Position numbers and translations under genes: made by a program. This document shows positions 17,990 to 27,166 of a stretch of 64,000 nucleotides of DNA, in pieces. The notes below the pieces were generated by a model. That model had not been told where the DNA came from. It was given only the letters and a program-made list of their open reading frames with translations, and did not search any database. Within the stretch, counting starts at the first letter, position 1. The number at the start of each line of letters is the position of its first letter. Source of the DNA: a virus; the IMG/VR virus record IMGVR_UViG_3300042516_003452, positions 20,493 through 84,492 of that record. One strand, 5' to 3'.

Positions 17990-18568
17990 TTAAACACTCC
18001 ACATGTAATCGTTGGTATAAACACCGGATTCGGTACGGCGCGGTGCGCCAAACATATATGAAAGCATCTCTTGCTGTGGTGTCATCACTTTACCTTGAGC
18101 CATCAGATTTTGTTTTAAGAAATCACCAAAAGCTCCTGAGCCACGAATACCCGCTTTTTCAGCGCGTTTTGCCATGTTCTGATATTCGTCTTCAGTGAAG
18201 GTCAGTCCTGCATTTGTGTAGATCTGATCTGCTGTGTCCCAGCCGCTGCTGGTTAAATCAACCGGTTTTTTAAGACTTCGCCTCAAGCCTTTTGAATATG
18301 CCTTTTCATTCGGATACATATCCGCCATCATGCGGTAGAAATCCTCTCCCGCACCACGGTCACCACTTTGGACGTATTGACGAAACTGCGCCTTATCAGC
18401 TTTCTTCTTCCACTTAGGAACATCAAGCATTGAAAGGCCGTAGCCTCCAAGTGCCGACATCGTTGGAGAGGGCTGGAAGCCGGGACCTGCCGTTGCTTTG
18501 CCGAGTAGGTTACCAAATAAGGAACCACCAGCACTTACGGCCATACCTCCAAGTATCGCTGGTAACAT
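17990..18568 (-). CDS. Putative internal virion / ejection protein
   Basis: 192 aa, Gly-rich hydrophobic N-terminus. Confidence 0.55.
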   Translation of the reverse strand: MLPAILGGMAVSAGGSLFGNLLGKATAGPGFQPSPTMSALGGYGLSMLDVPKWKKKADKAQFRQYVQSGDRGAGEDFYRMMADMYPNEKAYSKGLRRSLKKPVDLTSSGWDTADQIYTNAGLTFTEDEYQNMAKRAEKAGIRGSGAFGDFLKQNLMAQGKVMTPQQEMLSYMFGAPRRTESGVYTNDYMWSV

Positions 18569-18611
18569 GTGACCTTATAACTTCTATCTTTTTATTTTAA
18601 CGCCTATGACT

Positions 18612-19034
18612 TTAAACGATAAAGGCAGAGTACTTACCAGCAAGACCTGGGTTTAGTAAAGTGTCACGCACTTGTCCACGACGATACTCAGGATTTAGTT
18701 TGATACGAGCTTCATCAATGGGCGCTTTACGCTGCAAAAAGTAATCGTAATTACGATCAAACAGGCTGCGACCAGTGTTGGCGTCAAACATGGCCATGGT
18801 GGCATCTTGCGCATTCTGCGCAGACTGAGCAGCTTGTGCTTGGCCAAAACCACCAATAAAAGAGTTGATGCCAGCAGAAGCCATCATGCCTCCTGGCCCA
18901 CCAAGAAACTTGCTGAAGTCACTAAGACCACCGCCCGCTGCTGCAGGTGCTGCTGATGCAGGGCTAAAAGAAAGACCTGGCGCCGGAATGAAAGAGCCCG
19001 GTTCAGCGTATTGCTGCCAACCAAACATACTCAT
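18612..19034 (-). CDS. Putative internal virion / ejection protein
   Basis: 140 aa; GWQQYAEPGSFIPA motif; G/A/Q-rich. Confidence 0.55.
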   Translation of the reverse strand: MSMFGWQQYAEPGSFIPAPGLSFSPASAAPAAAGGGLSDFSKFLGGPGGMMASAGINSFIGGFGQAQAAQSAQNAQDATMAMFDANTGRSLFDRNYDYFLQRKAPIDEARIKLNPEYRRGQVRDTLLNPGLAGKYSAFIV

Positions 19035-19044
19035 GGTTTTACTC

Positions 19045-19527
19045 CTACAAGTTGATGTACTGACGGGTTACGTAGGAAGGAGCACCTGCATTCTCACGCA
19101 GTACACCTAACTGGTCACCAAAGAAGCGATACTTTTCAGCCATCGCACGTTGGAATTCTTTTGGAGCGTCAAGCAGACTCTTGAAGACGTTGGCCTCCAT
19201 GCCAAGACGCTGATTCTCACGGGCTACATCCTTGAAGTAAGGCCCAAGCACGTCCAGTTGTTCTTGTAGTCTTCCGGGGGAACTTTCTTCTTGGCGAAAA
19301 AGATCAGCAAGAACAGCTAAGCCACCATATTCATCTCCGACCAACTCACGAATCTTGCGAGCCCTTTCCTCATCGAAGTAGGAACCCGCAAGACCGGGAG
19401 GCATTGTATTCCTCGAAGCTCCAGCAGGTGCACCGGTTACCGGAGGAGTTGCTGGGATGTAAGAACCAGCAGGAGCATATTGCTGCCAACCGGAACCTAA
19501 TTGAAACTGTTTAGGTGCCATGATCAA
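19045..19527 (-). CDS. Putative internal virion protein
   Basis: 160 aa; GWQQYAPAGSYIPA motif. Confidence 0.55.
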   Translation of the reverse strand: MIMAPKQFQLGSGWQQYAPAGSYIPATPPVTGAPAGASRNTMPPGLAGSYFDEERARKIRELVGDEYGGLAVLADLFRQEESSPGRLQEQLDVLGPYFKDVARENQRLGMEANVFKSLLDAPKEFQRAMAEKYRFFGDQLGVLRENAGAPSYVTRQYINL

Positions 19528-20432
19528 CCAAAGCGGATGGCAGGAGCCTGAAGAGTAGAGCCGGCGTAAGGATTAGAGGTCAGTGCAGTACGGAGCGTTG
19601 CACCAGTCTCAGCTTGTGCACCTTGGGCCAGAGCGCCGCCGGTAGCAAGAACACCAAGACGCGCTTGGAGCTGACCCTGGGTATTTAACAGAGCTTGTTG
19701 ACGAACCAGGTCGGCATTCTTCATCTGTTGAATGATTGGATTCGTCCGCTGCAGATCATAGAACGCTTGATCGGAATAATACTTAGACAGATCTTTGATA
19801 GCGCTGGTCTCAACGCCAAGATTGTTGCGGTACTGAGTTGTACCTAACTCGCCCATTTGCTGGGCCATCGCCATCTGAGTAGAAAACTGACCTTCTTTGC
19901 CTTTGGTTGGTTCACCGGTTGCTTTTTGGCGAACCGACTCAGAAGCACTAGCAGCTAGCGGAGCGAAAAGCATGCCACCTACTGCAGGAAGAACGGCTTG
20001 AGCAACCTTGCCAAGACCACCAGGAATAAGGCGTGCAACACCTGCACCGATGGCAGCACCCGCACCACCGCCAACAAGAGCACCAGCTGCACCTGTAGCT
20101 CGGCCTGCAGCTGCTTCTTCGGCAGCGGTCATTACTGGAGAAACAAGGCCTGCTACTAAGCCGTAACGACCGACTGGCACGTTTTGAAGAGCGGCACCGG
20201 CTTTTTGTGCTCCGCCACGAACAAAGTCAACGGCTTGATTGGCCATCTGTTGGGCACGTTCTCGACGACCAGGAGCAGCAGCGCCTGTTAAATTTACGTC
20301 GCCCGGTTGAGGTACAGAAGGACCGCCACTAACTCGAACAGAAGGAGATACGCCAGCGCCAAAGGTTGTAGGTCCAGTAGTTTGAAGGCCGATGCTTGGC
20401 ATCCCCATGTAGGGATTGTAATACGGATTCAC
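19524..20432 (-). CDS. Putative ejection/pilot protein
   Basis: 302 aa with glycine-zipper helices and Q-rich coiled coil. Confidence 0.55.
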   Translation of the reverse strand: MNPYYNPYMGMPSIGLQTTGPTTFGAGVSPSVRVSGGPSVPQPGDVNLTGAAAPGRRERAQQMANQAVDFVRGGAQKAGAALQNVPVGRYGLVAGLVSPVMTAAEEAAAGRATGAAGALVGGGAGAAIGAGVARLIPGGLGKVAQAVLPAVGGMLFAPLAASASESVRQKATGEPTKGKEGQFSTQMAMAQQMGELGTTQYRNNLGVETSAIKDLSKYYSDQAFYDLQRTNPIIQQMKNADLVRQQALLNTQGQLQARLGVLATGGALAQGAQAETGATLRTALTSNPYAGSTLQAPAIRFG

Positions 20433-20462
20433 GTCAACAACTCTACTTTTTTATAAATTCTA

Positions 20463-21410
20463 TCACTGCATCATTTCATACTGAGCAGTGGTAGGTAACT
20501 GAGTTTCGGATGGTTTTGCTGCAAGTACAGCATTGGCTAAGTTGCCCATAATTGCACCTGCAGCTGCGCCGCCGGCAGCACCGGCAAGTCCACGCCTGAA
20601 TGCGTTCTTAACTAACGGTGCTGTTCTAATAGCGGCACCAGCACCCACAATTCCACCAACAGCAGTAGTAACAGAAGGAATAGTGACTGGATAACCAAGG
20701 ACACGAGCTTCTGGAACACCTTGTAAATTCTCTGGAGTTGCTTTGACAATGCCAAGGAAGCCCTTGTCTTGGTAGTAGTTCTGAAGATAGTTCCCATAGC
20801 GCTCAGGCGTCAAGGAAGGGATGTCTTCCTTTGCAGTTTCATACTTCAAAGGGCGTCCCGTGCGTCCCAAGAAGAAACGTTCAAACAACTCACTGGCTGG
20901 CTGGGAAGTTTCCCGACGATCTTCTGAGCCTTCTTCTGCATAGGCTTGGGAGAAACCCTTTGGTCTAAACATTTCACCAATATTAGTGATGTCGTAAGCA
21001 CCAGCCAATGCAGTGGTTGGAACGGCAATTGTTGCACCAATTAGGCCCGTCTTTGTTGGGCCTAATGCACGATATGCTTCTTTACCAATAGCCGCCTCTG
21101 CCCCCGCCCCCATGATCGCCAAAGGGTGGTTGTAGCGCCAATAAATACCACGGGTGCCATCGTTCGTGATATCAGTTAACAACCTTGCGCCGAAGGCGCC
21201 CACTGCTTGAGTAGGCGTCTCCTGCATCGACACTCCTAAGGACTTAAGGTTGCGGTGGTATTCACCACGGAGCCCTGGAATGTCCTTGAGAATAGTGGGG
21301 TTGTACTCACCTTTTAAGTAAGCCTGACGACTGGCTTCTGCGCTTTTACGCGCACCGGTCATCAACTCATCTTTGAACTGACCAACTTTATTTAGAAAAT
21401 CTTGAAACAT
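20463..21410 (-). CDS. Putative internal virion protein
   Basis: 315 aa with C-terminal glycine zipper. Confidence 0.55.
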   Translation of the reverse strand: MFQDFLNKVGQFKDELMTGARKSAEASRQAYLKGEYNPTILKDIPGLRGEYHRNLKSLGVSMQETPTQAVGAFGARLLTDITNDGTRGIYWRYNHPLAIMGAGAEAAIGKEAYRALGPTKTGLIGATIAVPTTALAGAYDITNIGEMFRPKGFSQAYAEEGSEDRRETSQPASELFERFFLGRTGRPLKYETAKEDIPSLTPERYGNYLQNYYQDKGFLGIVKATPENLQGVPEARVLGYPVTIPSVTTAVGGIVGAGAAIRTAPLVKNAFRRGLAGAAGGAAAGAIMGNLANAVLAAKPSETQLPTTAQYEMMQ

Positions 21411-21411
21411 A

Positions 21412-21927
21412 TCACAGCCTCGGATTAAGAACGCCTTGAACCATTGCCTGATCTTCTGGACTCAAGTATTGCATCCACTGGTTACGTGGCATCTGGTTAA
21501 GTAAGTTCTCGAAATGCTGAGGATCAGCAAGAGGAAGTTGGTATTGAGTTCCAGGGGAAAGCTCAGTGAGTTGTTGATTTAAGGGAAGTTGATTGACAAC
21601 GGAACGTTGTTCAATCTGTTGTGCAATTTGCTGAGGCTGACCCGCCATCAAGATCGAGGAACCAAGCTCAGTGCCGACCAAGGAACCAGCAATGTTCGCA
21701 CCGCCTTCAATCAAACCACGAGCCGTTTTGTTAGGTATGTTGCGTGCTGCGTAACGACCAAGCAAAGTTGCTGGTAATGACGTGGCAAGATCCGAAAGAC
21801 CAAACGCTAAAGCACCTTTGGGACCTGCGGTAAAAGCACCAAAACCTGCGTTAAGTGCAGTACCAGGGAGAACCGACTTAACGACGGAACCTAAATTCTT
21901 GCTTAACCAGCCTCCAGCTAAGGCCAT
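21412..21927 (-). CDS. Putative internal virion protein
   Basis: 171 aa, Gly-rich N-half and Gln-rich C-half. Confidence 0.55.
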   Translation of the reverse strand: MALAGGWLSKNLGSVVKSVLPGTALNAGFGAFTAGPKGALAFGLSDLATSLPATLLGRYAARNIPNKTARGLIEGGANIAGSLVGTELGSSILMAGQPQQIAQQIEQRSVVNQLPLNQQLTELSPGTQYQLPLADPQHFENLLNQMPRNQWMQYLSPEDQAMVQGVLNPRL

Positions 21928-21958
21928 CTACTTATCCCTTTTTATTCATTATAAATTG

Positions 21959-22492
21959 TTAGTCTTTGGTATCTTCTTTGTCACCAGCAAGAAGCTGAGC
22001 GACTGACTTATCGCCTTCTGCTTCGTTCTCAACTTTTTGCTCCATTTGCGCCATGATGTAGCCCTTGGGATCTGGGTTCTTCGCACGAGGCATTGGGTTG
22101 CTGATTCTTTTACCAGGATCCATGGTTGGGCTAAGGGAGTAGAACTCACCCCAGGTGGTGTTGAAGCCTGGTTGTTCTTCTGGACGCTGGTTTGTTTTGG
22201 CTCGACCATTCATGAAGTCGTAGTCTTTGTTGCGATCAAAGCGACCGATACCAGCAAAGACTTCAGTAGGGCCTTCGCCAACTTGTTGAAGGCCTGGGTT
22301 CTGAATTAACTTCTTGGTTTGAATCCGACGAAGTAAGTCGGTACTATCAAAACGGTTTAGGTTCCAGGGCGGTGCACCACTATTTGCTTTAACGGAGAAC
22401 AGATCGTCAAAGTTAAGATTTTTCTTTTTAACGAAAAGATCTTTACCGTAATCAAGATAACGATCTAGTTCAAGCCTGTGGTCTTTAGCCAT
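21959..22492 (-). CDS. Hypothetical protein
   Basis: 177 aa ORF, coupled to upstream stop. Confidence 0.6.
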   Translation of the reverse strand: MAKDHRLELDRYLDYGKDLFVKKKNLNFDDLFSVKANSGAPPWNLNRFDSTDLLRRIQTKKLIQNPGLQQVGEGPTEVFAGIGRFDRNKDYDFMNGRAKTNQRPEEQPGFNTTWGEFYSLSPTMDPGKRISNPMPRAKNPDPKGYIMAQMEQKVENEAEGDKSVAQLLAGDKEDTKD

Positions 22493-22716
22493 CAGCTTTC
22501 CTTCTTGCCGTCTTTATTCTTCTTCAAGCCTACCAGCGTCTTGCGAAGCCGTGCCTGTTTTACAGTCTTTTCATCGTACTGATCAGGATTGGAAAGGACA
22601 TTTGCCTGGAGCTGAGCAGAGGTAATACCTTTGCGCTTAGCTTTGGCAGTGAAGGCGCCTTCCTTCATATCCATGCCTTGGATCCACTTTTTGTCTTTCT
22701 TTTTCTTTTCAGCCAT
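22492..22716 (-). CDS. Small basic phage protein
   Basis: KWIQG...KEGAFTAKAK...KQARLRKTL pattern. Confidence 0.65.
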   Translation of the reverse strand: MAEKKKKDKKWIQGMDMKEGAFTAKAKRKGITSAQLQANVLSNPDQYDEKTVKQARLRKTLVGLKKNKDGKKES

Positions 22717-22718
22717 GA

Positions 22719-25658
22719 TTAGCGAATACGACGTTTTGCGGCAGCTTGTGACATTAACCGATTACCGAAGTTTTGAAGCTGAGAACCAGAGAGGCCATAA
22801 CGCCTAATGGTTTCAGACTCAGATAACTGACCAATGCCACCCGGTACAGAACCTAGACCTAATCCTAATTCCTGTTTACCACGGACGACCTGTCCTCCTG
22901 GAGTTAAATTAGCAGCCAACGCGAATTGATTGCGTTGTGCACCTTGACTAAGAGAACGTGGTTCCATAGAGACTTGGAGTTGGCTCTCTGGGTATTGATA
23001 ATTACCTGTTGAAACTCGGCTGATCGGTCCCATTGCAGGAGCAGCTGGTCCAGTGTAAGGATTCTGCGTACGAGCAAAGGAACCAATATTCATGGTTGGG
23101 ACACGCGTGCGTCCGACCACATTGCCGGTCTGAGGATCACGCACAGGAACAACCTTCATACCTTCACCGGTTTGAGGTGTTTCCATCTGGCTGCGTAGAG
23201 CAGACATCTGAGCACCAGTTACAGTAGAGGGCTCAATGGCAACACCAGTTGTCCTCAGGGGAGCTGTAGAAATACGCGGTGAGTAATAAGCCACATCGAC
23301 ATCAACGCCGCCATCCCCAACGGTCATTGGATCAATTCCACCTTCGCCTCTGACTTGGTATTGACCAGGGATTGGAGCTGCTTTACCGGTGGTTTTGTAA
23401 ATCGGATAGCCGTATGGATTGAAACCAGCAACAACTTTTTTACCTTCTTTGTTGACTTGGATTCTTTCACCAAAGATTGGTGTATCCTTCTCAGTCTTCA
23501 GAAGACCCATCACCATTGCATTGGCCTCTTGTGGGTAATAAAGCTTGCCGGAAGCTTGACTGATTTGTGGCTTAAGAATGGGAACATCGATCCCTTCTTT
23601 ATTCATTAAGTAATCATCAACTGCTTTAACGATGAACCCTTGGTAGTCATAAGCCTCACCGATGTCGGAAAGCGTTTTGCCTTGCGCCAGGCCCAACTCT
23701 AGGGCTTCGGGATTGTTCTCACGTAAGTAGGCAGCTTTAGCGGAAGGATTATTGAAGTAATCCGATTGGGCTCTTTCTGCCACACTTTGGATCGTGGCAC
23801 GGTCCAGGGCCACAGGCTCTGGTTTTGCCGTTTTCAATGTGGTCCAACCAATACGTTGTTCACCTTGCGTTAAAGGTGTACGTCGAATACCAAGCAAGGG
23901 GCCTTCGCCAACAATCACTCGCCGAGACGTTGGTTTGTACGGCTGGCGAATATTTGTGCCAGGAATGGTTTCTCCATACATGATGTCTGGAGCCCAATCC
24001 GAAATAGGTTGGGTTGTGATCTTGGCAGGAACAACATCAACAGCCGTTTCAAAACCACCGATCAACTTATTGGTGCCAACATTGATGTCAGAAGTTTCAA
24101 TACCCATTCCACCCTTGTAACCAACATCTTGCATGCGAAGAAGTTGACCAAAGGAAAGATTGGGATCTTGGCCAAGAACATTAATACCAGCGGTCTGAAT
24201 ACCAGAAGGATCACGGCGCAGTGGAACAACGACATCGGCAGCGCGTAACTGACGTTCAGAGCCAGGAGCAGCAGCTGAAGCTTCTTGAACAACACCAGGA
24301 ATTTGAGTGGTACCTTTGTTAGTGCGTTCTCGGAAAGACTCCGTTTCGATTAAAAGGTTACCGACACCTTCCGTATCGCCATAATCCGTACCCATTTCGC
24401 GATTGGCGGTCATGACCTCAGTTGGGTCATAGTCGTAATCGTCGACTTCTTGGTAGTAGTTACCAGTGTTGGGGTCGTAACTAAAACCTGCTTGCTCTAG
24501 TTTTTCTTTCTGCTGGAGCTGCTTCAGGTTTGTTGTGTCGTGATAGGTCAAGCCCGTACCACCAACGCCAGCGGTCTCAAGCTCTTCCACCAATGCATCC
24601 GGCATGGAAGCACGAGCGCCACCAGCAATCTCCATGGTTGGGTTGCTGCTAACAGCCCCGCCGCGAATTTTGGGAGTTGTACCGAGATACTCAGTGATCC
24701 TTTCGCGTGGTACTTCAGGATTCAAGATTTGATCACGGATTGCCCGTGGATAAGAAGCGGCAGCCATTGTCCGCTCCAAAATTTCCTCTGGTGTAAAGCG
24801 ATTGCGTGCAGTAGCCGATTCAGAAACCGTACTTAAATCAAGAGCGCGACCTGCACTTAAGCCACTACGTGTAGAAACACTACCAATCTTGGCACCACGT
24901 AATAAACGAGCTTGTTGTGGGGTTAGTTCCAGCTCACCAGTTAGATCTGAGACTGAACGTCCGGTTCTTTCATAACGAGGTCCGTAAAATTCCTGAGCCT
25001 GGCGGCCAAGGTTCTCAAGCTGCTCTTCTAATTCCCAAGCGTTACCGCTGACAATTCTTTTGGGAGTTGTTTGAGCAATACGTTGAACTTCTTGGGGGAA
25101 TTGGGAAACTTGCTCAGCAACTTGGGAAGTTCTTGCGATACGGTCAGCATCTCGACTGAAACTTACAAAGTTATTGACTTCACGTTGTTCGGGTATCACA
25201 ATGCCCTTGGAAATAACTTGATCAAGACCTGCGTCAGAGGCTTCGACCTGCTGACTGCGAACTTCATCGATCAGATTCTGCTGAATGCTGGTTAAATCAA
25301 CAGTTGCCTGCGGAATTGCCGTTTCAGGCGCTGCAACTTTGGAAGGACGGACCAAAGGTGCCTGAGATATGGCTCGAAGATCGGATTCACGCGGAACACG
25401 AGGCTTTCCAACGGGAGCAGGCGCCTGACGACCGCGTAATGCCCGGTAACCAAGGGTGCCAGCTCCCAATGCACCTAAGCCCAGGGCTGCGGCACCCAAA
25501 ATTCCCGCCAATGGGGACTCTTCTTGTGGTTGACGGAGCTGATTGGCGCGAAAATCACGAACTGCTGGGGCTAAAGCAGCCCTTTCCTCCGGATCTTCTG
25601 GGTATGGGGTACCAGTGGCGCGGCTGTAGGCAGCAAAATCGGCAGGTGACAGGGCCAT
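22719..25658 (-). CDS. Large putative internal virion protein
   Basis: 979 aa, first gene of the late block; MALSPADFAAYSRATG N-terminus and one hydrophobic helix. Confidence 0.6.
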   Translation of the reverse strand: MALSPADFAAYSRATGTPYPEDPEERAALAPAVRDFRANQLRQPQEESPLAGILGAAALGLGALGAGTLGYRALRGRQAPAPVGKPRVPRESDLRAISQAPLVRPSKVAAPETAIPQATVDLTSIQQNLIDEVRSQQVEASDAGLDQVISKGIVIPEQREVNNFVSFSRDADRIARTSQVAEQVSQFPQEVQRIAQTTPKRIVSGNAWELEEQLENLGRQAQEFYGPRYERTGRSVSDLTGELELTPQQARLLRGAKIGSVSTRSGLSAGRALDLSTVSESATARNRFTPEEILERTMAAASYPRAIRDQILNPEVPRERITEYLGTTPKIRGGAVSSNPTMEIAGGARASMPDALVEELETAGVGGTGLTYHDTTNLKQLQQKEKLEQAGFSYDPNTGNYYQEVDDYDYDPTEVMTANREMGTDYGDTEGVGNLLIETESFRERTNKGTTQIPGVVQEASAAAPGSERQLRAADVVVPLRRDPSGIQTAGINVLGQDPNLSFGQLLRMQDVGYKGGMGIETSDINVGTNKLIGGFETAVDVVPAKITTQPISDWAPDIMYGETIPGTNIRQPYKPTSRRVIVGEGPLLGIRRTPLTQGEQRIGWTTLKTAKPEPVALDRATIQSVAERAQSDYFNNPSAKAAYLRENNPEALELGLAQGKTLSDIGEAYDYQGFIVKAVDDYLMNKEGIDVPILKPQISQASGKLYYPQEANAMVMGLLKTEKDTPIFGERIQVNKEGKKVVAGFNPYGYPIYKTTGKAAPIPGQYQVRGEGGIDPMTVGDGGVDVDVAYYSPRISTAPLRTTGVAIEPSTVTGAQMSALRSQMETPQTGEGMKVVPVRDPQTGNVVGRTRVPTMNIGSFARTQNPYTGPAAPAMGPISRVSTGNYQYPESQLQVSMEPRSLSQGAQRNQFALAANLTPGGQVVRGKQELGLGLGSVPGGIGQLSESETIRRYGLSGSQLQNFGNRLMSQAAAKRRIR

Positions 25659-25778
25659 TGGGTACTTATTAGCTATAAATTCCTTGTTCTTTGTATTTTA
25701 CTGGGGGAAACTTAGGTAAAAAGTGAATACGGTAGACTATTACCAAAAGAATCGCTGAACATCCGGGTTAATAAGGAC

Positions 25779-25988
25779 ATGAACCCTAAGAATGCTTTAG
25801 AAAAAGCAACTGCACTGTACGCAATTGCGGATGCGGCCGAAGATTTAGAGAAAGCTGGGGCTGCACCATTCGAAGTCAAGGCGTTTACGACTGGTGCCAG
25901 GGAAAAATTGGCAGAAGAACGACCTGATTACGACAAATACGCCAAAGCTTACGCTGCTTCTTCCCGTTTTGCACAAAGCAACCAGTAA
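25779..25988 (+). CDS. Hypothetical protein
   Basis: 69 aa with AAGGA SD, followed by a terminator. Confidence 0.65.
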   Translation: MNPKNALEKATALYAIADAAEDLEKAGAAPFEVKAFTTGAREKLAEERPDYDKYAKAYAASSRFAQSNQ

Positions 25989-26018
25989 GTAAAAGCGTTA
26001 ATTAGCACATTGTTAATA

Positions 26019-26045
26019 GCCGGGGCCACAAACCCCGGCATTTTT
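26019..26045 (+). terminator. Intrinsic terminator
   Basis: GCCGGGG-CCACAAA-CCCCGGC-ATTTTT. Confidence 0.7.
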
Positions 26046-26246
26046 GTGTGTTTTCTTGGGTAAAACCCCTGTAAACATGACACTTTTTGCAAGGGCCGCC
26101 CCCTATAGGGGCCAAAAAGGATAAAAAATTTCCTGACGCTTCTCCAACACCCCACGCGACGCGAGTTGCGTATAGAAAAAAAGAAAGGGCGGGGGCTGCG
26201 CATCCGAAGAACGCAGGCAAATCAAGTCAGTTTACCGACAGGAACC

Positions 26247-26546
26247 ATGACTCAGGCCAAAGTTAGCACCAAGGGACAGCGCTGGCAGCATGACTGGCGG
26301 CGTCAAGTAGGCGAGCGCCCAACAGAGAGTAACGCCAAGCTTTTCCACAGCTATGTGGAGATGGCGTATCAGTTGCTCGAGGAGTTTAGCTCAGCCGACT
26401 TTATCTACAGCGAAGTCAGGCAAGTCTGCCAACCCCAGTATCTCTTCCAGGTGGTCTGTGACATGCGAAGCGAGAAGCTAAGCATGCGCATTTGGACCAC
26501 CGAGGAAGGATATAAGGCGGTGTCCATCCACAAAATCCCTGTCTGA
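26247..26546 (+). CDS. Early hypothetical protein
   Basis: AGGA SD then ATG at 26247; 99 aa. Confidence 0.6.
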   Translation: MTQAKVSTKGQRWQHDWRRQVGERPTESNAKLFHSYVEMAYQLLEEFSSADFIYSEVRQVCQPQYLFQVVCDMRSEKLSMRIWTTEEGYKAVSIHKIPV

Positions 26547-26561
26547 TACGTTCGCGTATCG
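26546..26561 (+). repeat. 16-nt UUCG hairpin repeat (second copy at 28412-28427)
   Basis: ATACG-TTCG-CGTATCG exact in both copies. Confidence 0.7.
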
Positions 26562-26641
26562 CGTACGGGAAAGATCTGCTCCCCGCCCCGCACTTGTTCA
26601 TACAGAACAGTTTCGCAACAGGAGCGTGGTCAAGTCACGGT

Positions 26642-26675
26642 CTTGGCAGCTGCAATCCCGCAGCGTAAGTCCAAG
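26642..26675 (+). ncRNA. GG-CA/GUAAGU-CC internal-loop hairpin, copy 2
   Basis: CTTGG-CA-GCTGC-AATCCC-GCAGC-GTAAGT-CCAAG. Confidence 0.7.
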
Positions 26676-26692
26676 CTCACCGGAGTAACACC

Positions 26693-26920
26693 GTGACCAA
26701 CACCATCGCCACCGTCCGTCGTATCGACTGCGTGGACATCACCAAGATGTCACACGAGGAGATCTTCGACATGTGTGGCGTACCAACCCGGCAAGAAGCT
26801 GGCGACAACGTCATGCTTCAGGTCCTCGACCTGCTTGAGCACGGACGTAGCCAGGTACTTACTGCCGAACACCTCCAGGTCATCAAGTCCTACGTGGACG
26901 AGATGCTGGAGACCAACTGA
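26693..26920 (+). CDS. Early hypothetical protein
   Basis: 75 aa, GGAG SD, GTG start. Confidence 0.65.
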   Translation: MTNTIATVRRIDCVDITKMSHEEIFDMCGVPTRQEAGDNVMLQVLDLLEHGRSQVLTAEHLQVIKSYVDEMLETN

Positions 26921-26961
26921 TCCGTTAAAGCGGGCGGCAGGGTGCAAACCCCTGCCCAGTT
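26915..26961 (+). ncRNA. tRNA-elbow-like three-way junction, copy 1
   Basis: AACTG-A-TCCG-TTAAAG-CGGG-C-GGCAGGG-TGCAAAC-CCCTGCC-CAGTT. Confidence 0.7.
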
Positions 26962-27005
26962 ATTGCCTACAGCGGAGATAGGCACCGCACACACAGGAGT
27001 TACCT

Positions 27006-27086
27006 GTGCACTTCACCACCTACGAATCCGTCGCACTCATCACGATCTTCATCGTGAGTTGCGTAATCGGATACGTAACCGACTGA
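27006..27086 (+). CDS. Small membrane peptide (26 aa)
   Basis: AGGAG SD, GTG start, MHFTTYESVALITIFIVSCVIGYVTD. Confidence 0.55.
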   Translation: MHFTTYESVALITIFIVSCVIGYVTD

Positions 27087-27127
27087 TCCGTCTAAGCGGG
27101 TGACCAGGTGCAAACCCTGGTCCAGTC
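27081..27127 (+). ncRNA. tRNA-elbow-like three-way junction, copy 2
   Basis: GACTG-A-TCCG-TCTAAG-CGGG-T-GACCAGG-TGCAAAC-CCTGGTC-CAGTC; compensatory changes relative to copy 1. Confidence 0.7.
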
Positions 27128-27166
27128 ATTGCCACCCACCGAGGGTGGCTTAATTTAACTCAGCTC

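Noticed and set aside
1539-25658. Claim that the phage lacks a conventional tail
   Set aside because: No tape measure, sheath or fibre gene was recognised, but the window is incomplete and many late genes are unassigned.
26915-27133. Repeat-spacer-repeat pattern as a mini CRISPR array or integron attC cassettes
   Set aside because: The repeats conserve structure rather than sequence, the spacer is about 120 nt and contains an ORF, no cas genes are present, and the RYYYAAC/GTTRRRY boxes are not conserved in the second copy.
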